A stretch of DNA of 64,000 bases from IMG/VR virus record IMGVR_UViG_3300009716_000731, positions 1-64,000 of that record; one strand, 5' to 3'. Under the pieces are notes generated by a model. It did not search any database and was not told the DNA's origin. It saw only the letters and a list, made by a program, of their open reading frames with translations. A program made the position numbers and the translations under genes. This document shows, one piece after another, positions 58,675-64,000 of the stretch. Source of the stretch: a virus. Lineage: Duplodnaviria > Caudoviricetes. Every line of letters starts with the position of its first letter. Position 1 is the first letter of the stretch.

Positions 58675-59550
58675 ATGAAAAAAACATTTATTTACGGATT
58701 ATTTTCAGAAAGGGATAATATCATAAGATATATTGGTAAATCTGATAACCCTAATAAGAGGTTAAAAACACATATTTATCAAATGAATGATAGTAATACT
58801 CATAAAAATAATTGGATTAGAAAAGTAGTTTCAAATGGGGAAAAATTATGCTATAAAATAATTGAGGAGGTTTATTATCATGAGTGGAGACAGAAAGAAA
58901 TATTCTGGATTAGTAAATATAGCAATTTAGTCAATACATCTAAGGGTGGTCAAGGTGGTAGAGGTATTAAATATAATATATCATATGAGGATTGTAAAAA
59001 ATGGATTTCTGAAAACCTTACTATTAAAAGTAAAAGTAATTGGATGTTAAATAGTAAAAATTTACCCGACTTTATACCAAAAAATCCATACGAAACCTAT
59101 AAGAGTAGAGGATGGGTATCATGGGGTGATTTTTTATCTACTAATAGAGTACAAGATAATAAGTTATGCAATTATCTTTCCTATGAGGAAGCAAAAGAGT
59201 GGATAAAACTAAACATGTCGAATAACATAAATAGTAAAAATTGGAAAACAGTTAATAAAAACGAATTAATTCCTAATAGACCTGAAAGATATTATAGAAA
59301 TAAAGGTTGGATATCTTGGTCTGATTTTTTATCAAATAACAGAGTACAGAATCAAAAAAAAGAGTTTTTAGGTTATGATGATTTTATTAATTTTTTTATA
59401 GAGAATAAAATAATAATATCAAATATTTCTGATTGGTATAAATTTAGAAAAGATGCTCCTATTTTTATATGCAGTCGACCAGATATTTATTATAAAAATA
59501 AAGGTTGGATATCATGGGTGGAATTTTATAAAAAAATTATTATTTGTTAA
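58675..59550 (+). CDS. GIY-YIG homing endonuclease with GWxSWxDFL repeats
   Basis: FIYGL...RYIGKS..P..RL..H; three P...Y...GWxSW repeats. Confidence 0.8.
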   Translation: MKKTFIYGLFSERDNIIRYIGKSDNPNKRLKTHIYQMNDSNTHKNNWIRKVVSNGEKLCYKIIEEVYYHEWRQKEIFWISKYSNLVNTSKGGQGGRGIKYNISYEDCKKWISENLTIKSKSNWMLNSKNLPDFIPKNPYETYKSRGWVSWGDFLSTNRVQDNKLCNYLSYEEAKEWIKLNMSNNINSKNWKTVNKNELIPNRPERYYRNKGWISWSDFLSNNRVQNQKKEFLGYDDFINFFIENKIIISNISDWYKFRKDAPIFICSRPDIYYKNKGWISWVEFYKKIIIC

Positions 59551-59584
59551 ATATTTTTCATATTTTTGTCAAAAATATACAAAT

Positions 59585-60178
59585 ATGAAAAACGCGATTA
59601 AGCTATTTGACTTTGAAGGTACGCCGGTTTACCTTAAATACTGGTTCTTTATTTTACTTTTGCTAGGAATAGATAAATTTATTTCTATTTTTATTGCTGT
59701 ATTAGTTCATGAATTAGCACATACTTATGTAGCTAAAAAATTAAATCATTATGTAGATCACGTTTATTTAGATTTACTTAATGGTGCTGCTGCTATTGAT
59801 ACATCATATTCTTCTTATAAAGACACAATTAAAATTGTGGCAGCAGGACCTATTTCTAATTTACTTTTGTTTGGTATTGGTTCTTTTCTAATGAGTGTTA
59901 TACCTAGTAGCTTCTTAGAAACCTTTTGTTTTATTAATATTCTATTGTTTATTTTTAATATTTTACCAATTTATCCATTGGATGGTGGTCGAATTAGTAA
60001 AGCTTGTATGCAGTGGTTGACTAAACCATCTACTGGTCGAAAGTATAATGGATATTTATCAATGGTTACAAGTATCCTTTTAATGATATTTGGAATATAT
60101 TCACAAGATATTATTTTATCATTATTTTGCATCTTTTTCATTTATATCGCATATAAAGAAATAACACAATTATATTAA
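59585..60178 (+). CDS. site-2 protease (M50) family membrane metalloprotease
   Basis: HELAH, AGPISN, FNILPIYPLDGG. Confidence 0.88.
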   Translation: MKNAIKLFDFEGTPVYLKYWFFILLLLGIDKFISIFIAVLVHELAHTYVAKKLNHYVDHVYLDLLNGAAAIDTSYSSYKDTIKIVAAGPISNLLLFGIGSFLMSVIPSSFLETFCFINILLFIFNILPIYPLDGGRISKACMQWLTKPSTGRKYNGYLSMVTSILLMIFGIYSQDIILSLFCIFFIYIAYKEITQLY

Positions 60179-60684
60179 TGTTAGATATAGGTAAAACAAA
60201 TCTTTTCTTAAACGAGAACAGTTATGTTGTTAGTAGAATAATAAATTATTACGATCTTATGGGTCGTAATTGTTTATTTTTAGACGGTGTTGATAGTAAT
60301 ATACATGTTAAATGTAGCAAGATTACTGTTACTTCCAATAACATATCAGAGTTACTAATTAATAATCTTTTTAGAGTTGATATTATTATTGCAACTTCTA
60401 TGACAAGATATGATACTTTATTAAGTAAAATTAGAGAAGTTACAGATTTACCCGTTATATTGATTACTGATAATTTTATCTATTCGGAAAAAGATTTACA
60501 AAATTTCGATTTTATATACAGATTGTATAAAATAGATGATACTAGTTATATAAATTTTGAAGATTATGAAAATAAATTTTTAGAAAAATCAAGAGTTAAT
60601 GACATTAAAAATAGTTGGGATATGTCATTAGCAGATATAAAGAAACAATATATTAGAGAAGAAAAAATTAATAAATTATTATAA
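60178..60684 (+). CDS. hypothetical protein with C-terminal REEKINKLL tag
   Basis: 168 aa. Confidence 0.7.
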   Translation: MLDIGKTNLFLNENSYVVSRIINYYDLMGRNCLFLDGVDSNIHVKCSKITVTSNNISELLINNLFRVDIIIATSMTRYDTLLSKIREVTDLPVILITDNFIYSEKDLQNFDFIYRLYKIDDTSYINFEDYENKFLEKSRVNDIKNSWDMSLADIKKQYIREEKINKLL

Positions 60685-60688
60685 AAAT

Positions 60689-61114
60689 ATGAGTAAAGCT
60701 TATGTTATTTTAGAAAAAGGTTATGAATATGATGATAACATTTATAATCAAACTGATGGTGGTGATCCAAGACTAATTTGTTTCAGTAAAGAAGATGCTG
60801 AACAAAGAATTAAAGAGCTTAATATTAAAGAATATAAGACAACTTCTATTAGAAATTATGCTTATGATGTATCAGAAATTTTGAATGTTGATTTAGCAGA
60901 ATATGAAGCATTTCAAAAAGAAATGAATGATAAATATGGTAAGGTAAAATCAAAATATTCTTGTGATAGTGATGAATTCAAGCTACATGAATCAGCAAAT
61001 GAAGAAGAAGCTCTTCGTTATCAACGAATGGTAGATATATCATTCTATGAGTACAAAGAAACTGATATTGATGTACAAAGTCACCGAGACAAAAAAATTA
61101 ATGATATTCTATAA
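60689..61114 (+). CDS. hypothetical protein with C-terminal RDKKINDIL tag
   Basis: 141 aa. Confidence 0.7.
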   Translation: MSKAYVILEKGYEYDDNIYNQTDGGDPRLICFSKEDAEQRIKELNIKEYKTTSIRNYAYDVSEILNVDLAEYEAFQKEMNDKYGKVKSKYSCDSDEFKLHESANEEEALRYQRMVDISFYEYKETDIDVQSHRDKKINDIL

Positions 61115-61144
61115 AAGAGATTTATAATAAAGAATATATACTTT

Positions 61145-61975
61145 ATGAAAAAGTTTATATTCTTTATTTTTTTATTATTTATAGTTATTTTTTCTTGTAA
61201 AAGTAGCAAAGATAAAGTAGAATCTTCGACTCCGAAACCGGAAGCTAAGTTAGATACTTGTCAAGCACCTATTGTTTCTGATCAATTGGTTGAGTCTTCA
61301 AGAGAACCAGCTAGTGTTGAGGAGGAAGAAATAGCTTCATCAGAACCAAGACCTTCAAAAAATGAAGTACTTAATAGAAAACCAAAAGTAAATAAACTGG
61401 AAAAAGAATCTAATACTAATTTAGATGCTAACTCTATAAATATTAATAAAGGTTTGCTTGCTTATTCGGTTCCTCTTGAAATGAAAGTTGGTGAGGAATA
61501 TACTGTTAAAGTTAGAATAACTAAACAAAAAGATAGGACTGTTTTAATAGTTGGAGATAATCAAATTCCAATATCTGATGATACAACAAATGTTAGAGTA
61601 GAATCGATAAGAGTATCCTCTGTTATGTCAGCTTCACTTTATGGTAAAAAAGGAGATTTTGAGATTGAATCAACATCAACAGAATTTCAAAATATTGAAG
61701 ATTTTGGTTACACTGAATGGTCATGGTTAGTGACTCCGTTAAAAGGAGGACAAAATAATCTTAAACTTAATATAAAAATTAGAATACAAGATAATGGACA
61801 AGACTTTTATAAAGACATAACAGTTTTTGAAAAGAAAGTAAAAGTCAAGTCAAATATAACATCAAGTTTTTTTGATTTTGTAAAACAAAATTGGGAATGG
61901 TTTATGAGTGTTATATTTATTCCTTTAATAAGATGGTTATTCTTATGGTGGAAGAATAAAAAAAGAAGAAAATAA
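61145..61975 (+). CDS. lipoprotein with a C-terminal membrane anchor
   Basis: Lipobox-like IFSC; WEWFMSVIFIPL...WWK tail. Confidence 0.7.
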   Translation: MKKFIFFIFLLFIVIFSCKSSKDKVESSTPKPEAKLDTCQAPIVSDQLVESSREPASVEEEEIASSEPRPSKNEVLNRKPKVNKLEKESNTNLDANSININKGLLAYSVPLEMKVGEEYTVKVRITKQKDRTVLIVGDNQIPISDDTTNVRVESIRVSSVMSASLYGKKGDFEIESTSTEFQNIEDFGYTEWSWLVTPLKGGQNNLKLNIKIRIQDNGQDFYKDITVFEKKVKVKSNITSSFFDFVKQNWEWFMSVIFIPLIRWLFLWWKNKKRRK

Positions 61976-62027
61976 AGATGTTTAATAAACATCTTTTTTT
62001 ATTACAAATAAAAAAATAATAAAAAAT

Positions 62028-63260
62028 ATGGATAATATTAATTTAATTGAGTCTTTTTCTGAGTTAAAGGACATGAAAAACATCGATAAAAATTCGATGG
62101 TGAAAATAATGCAAGAAGTTTTCAAGACTATTATTGCTAAAAAATATGGAACAGCAGATAACTTCGATATTATTGTTAATCCTAATAAAGGTGATTTAGA
62201 AATCTGGAGAAATAGAATTGTTGTTGAAGATTCTTATGAAGATTTTGACGAAAATTTACATATTAGAATCACTGATGCTAATAGAATTGAGGATGGTTTT
62301 GAATTAGGTGAGGACTTTACTGATGAATTAAAAATTGCAGATATTGGTAGAAGATCAATCTCAACAATTCGTCAATTTCTAAAATCTAAAATTTTAGATT
62401 TAGGTAAGCAAAATATCTATAAGAAATATAAAGAAAGAGAAAACGAAATTATTGTAGGTGAAGTTCATCAAGTAACTCGCAAAGAAGTAGTTATTTTAGA
62501 TGATGAAGGTGCAGAATTTATTTTACCAAGAACTGAACAAGTACCCGGTGATTACTTTAGAAAAGGCGACTCTGTTAGAGCATTATTAAAAAGTGTTGAG
62601 ATTGATGCAGGTAAACTACATATGATTTTATCAAGAACATCTAATAAATTTATGGAGAAATTATTCGAATATGAAATTCCAGAAGTTTTTGATGGTTTAG
62701 TTATTATCAAAGGTGTTGTAAGAGAACCTGGTAAAAAGGCAAAAGTTGCAGTTGAATCTTACGATGATAGAGTAGATGTTGTTGGAACTTGTGTTGGTGT
62801 TAAAGGTGGTAAAATTTTACCAATTGTTAGAGAGTTAAATAATGAGAATATTGATATTATTAACTATACAACTAACAGTTCACTTTATGTTATGAGAGCT
62901 TTAGGTAATATGAAATGTGATGTTACTATTGACAATGTTACTAAAAGAGCTATTGTTACTATGCCATCTGAGTTTATTTCATCTTCGATTGGTAAAGGTG
63001 GGTTAAATATTAAATTAGCTAGTAAATTAACAGGTTATAAAATTGACTTATACAGTGATGATATTTCTGATGAAGATGTTCACTTAGATGATTTCATTGA
63101 TGAAATTGATGGTTGGATTATTGATCAACTTAAAGAAATTGGTTGTGATACTGCAAAGAGTGTATTAAAACATTCAGTTTCTGAATTAGTAAAACGAACA
63201 GATTTAGAAGAAGAAACCATTAGAGAAGTAATAAATATATTAAGTTCAGAGTTTGAATAA
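62028..63260 (+). CDS. nusA: transcription termination/antitermination factor NusA
   Basis: LIESFSE.K..KNID, S1 domain, LSRT...LFE.EIPEV, REPG..AKVAV, CVGVKG, IGKGG.NIKLA; Bacteroidota-like C-terminal tail. Confidence 0.93.
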   Translation: MDNINLIESFSELKDMKNIDKNSMVKIMQEVFKTIIAKKYGTADNFDIIVNPNKGDLEIWRNRIVVEDSYEDFDENLHIRITDANRIEDGFELGEDFTDELKIADIGRRSISTIRQFLKSKILDLGKQNIYKKYKERENEIIVGEVHQVTRKEVVILDDEGAEFILPRTEQVPGDYFRKGDSVRALLKSVEIDAGKLHMILSRTSNKFMEKLFEYEIPEVFDGLVIIKGVVREPGKKAKVAVESYDDRVDVVGTCVGVKGGKILPIVRELNNENIDIINYTTNSSLYVMRALGNMKCDVTIDNVTKRAIVTMPSEFISSSIGKGGLNIKLASKLTGYKIDLYSDDISDEDVHLDDFIDEIDGWIIDQLKEIGCDTAKSVLKHSVSELVKRTDLEEETIREVINILSSEFE

Positions 63261-63286
63261 AAAAAGACCCAATTGGGTCTTTTTTT
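63259..63286. terminator. bidirectional intrinsic terminator
   Basis: AAAAAAAGACCC-aatt-GGGTCTTTTTTT. Confidence 0.8.
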
Positions 63287-63869
63287 ATATCTTATAGTTA
63301 TCAAAGTCAGAGTATTTTGGTTTCTCATTTACTAAATAATATTTTTCTGTTATTCCGTTATATTTTATGATTTTTAGGAAAGCATCCGGTACGGTTGCAC
63401 CACTTGGTAATTTTATAGAATTTGGTGAGAATATTAGTTTTATTTCAACTTCAACCGAATATTTTTTAGCTAATTCCCTTTCATAGATTTCGAGTAATCT
63501 CCAAGCTCCTCTGTTAAGATATTGATTTTGTAAAGCACAATTTAGATAAGTAAATGTTTTATATAAGGTTTCTTTATCACAGTTAAAGTCCGCAGCAGGA
63601 GCACAATGCCCTTTATCATAGATATTATTTTCATAATCTTTATCATCTGACGTTTTGTATTCTTTTTCTATATAGAAATCCATACCTTGTCTGGATGCTT
63701 GGTCATTTTGACATAAAATTTTATAGTTAACTCTTAGTGGTTGTTCTAATTTTTCTGAGTAAACAACTTTGAATATTCCTTTATCAATGAAAACACTATC
63801 TCTTAGTGTTTGTGATAATGAAATAAAACTTACCAATAAAAGTAAAGTGGTAAATAAAATCCTTTTCAT
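63285..63869 (-). CDS. secreted DNA/RNA non-specific endonuclease
   Basis: Signal peptide; YDKGH.APAADF, TF...N..LQ...LNRG.W..LE. Confidence 0.88.
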   Translation of the reverse strand: MKRILFTTLLLLVSFISLSQTLRDSVFIDKGIFKVVYSEKLEQPLRVNYKILCQNDQASRQGMDFYIEKEYKTSDDKDYENNIYDKGHCAPAADFNCDKETLYKTFTYLNCALQNQYLNRGAWRLLEIYERELAKKYSVEVEIKLIFSPNSIKLPSGATVPDAFLKIIKYNGITEKYYLVNEKPKYSDFDNYKI

Positions 63870-63913
63870 AAAATCTTTTTTATGTATATATAAAAATTAA
63901 TATATATAATTTT

Positions 63914-64000
63914 ATGAGATCAATAGTAGCAATAATTCTAATTATTATATCATTTACGTTAGGTATTTTATCTGATGTTAACTATTTCAATGATGTAAGA
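63914..64000 (+). CDS. partial ORF with a hydrophobic N-terminus (runs off the window)
   Basis: MRSIVAIILIIISFTLGILSDV...; TTAATATATA upstream. Confidence 0.5.
   Translation, partial: MRSIVAIILIIISFTLGILSDVNYFNDVR

Noticed and set aside
1542-63328. Short shadow ORFs from the track (e.g. 1542, 5934, 9318, 14928, 18456, 19344, 24109, 24734, 26253, 27983, 28844, 30327, 31303, 35431, 42803, 43031, 45118, 56221, 57699, 61807, 63125)
   Set aside because: They lie antisense or out of frame within well-supported genes and show no motifs
1-64000. Genome-wide TAG reassignment (alternative genetic code)
   Set aside because: Long conserved genes have no internal TAG, and TAG ends trxB (36444) and others at the expected position; ambers look local and regulatory
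1-64000. Bacterial chromosome origin
   Set aside because: Housekeeping genes lack their usual operon context and are interspersed with orphans, homing endonucleases and late-promoter-like motifs; phage origin remains an inference without structural genes

Overview
Very AT-rich, gene-dense segment best explained as part of a jumbo/huge phage infecting a Bacteroidota host (inference). Support: repeated Bacteroidota-type TAnnTTTG promoters, a second TAATATATA promoter-like motif just before many ATGs, many short orphan genes, about eight free-standing homing-endonuclease-like genes, scattered host-like genes (nusA, clpP, trxB, folA, coaD, nadR/pnuC, RNase H, DNA methylase) and two tRNA genes. 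No structural or replication core genes are in the window. Most striking signal: an atypical tRNA with a central CUA (amber) anticodon (32755-32832, -) heads a co-oriented cluster in which three reading frames start ATG-NNN-TAG-ATT; one is in frame with a Pth2-like/HD fusion and one with an endonuclease. This suggests an amber-gated translational switch tied to tRNA/peptidyl-tRNA quality control. Also notable: a leader-peptide attenuator in front of two RNA ligases, three stripped-down aminoacyl-tRNA synthetase homologues, two protein tag families (N-terminal MKY(I/L)KxF(N/E)E and C-terminal R(D/E)xK(I/L)xx(I/L)L) that track the two promoter classes, a TonB receptor-PnuC-NadR module, an orphan structured insertion and several deletion scars. 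All product calls come from motif recognition by eye; no database search was run.
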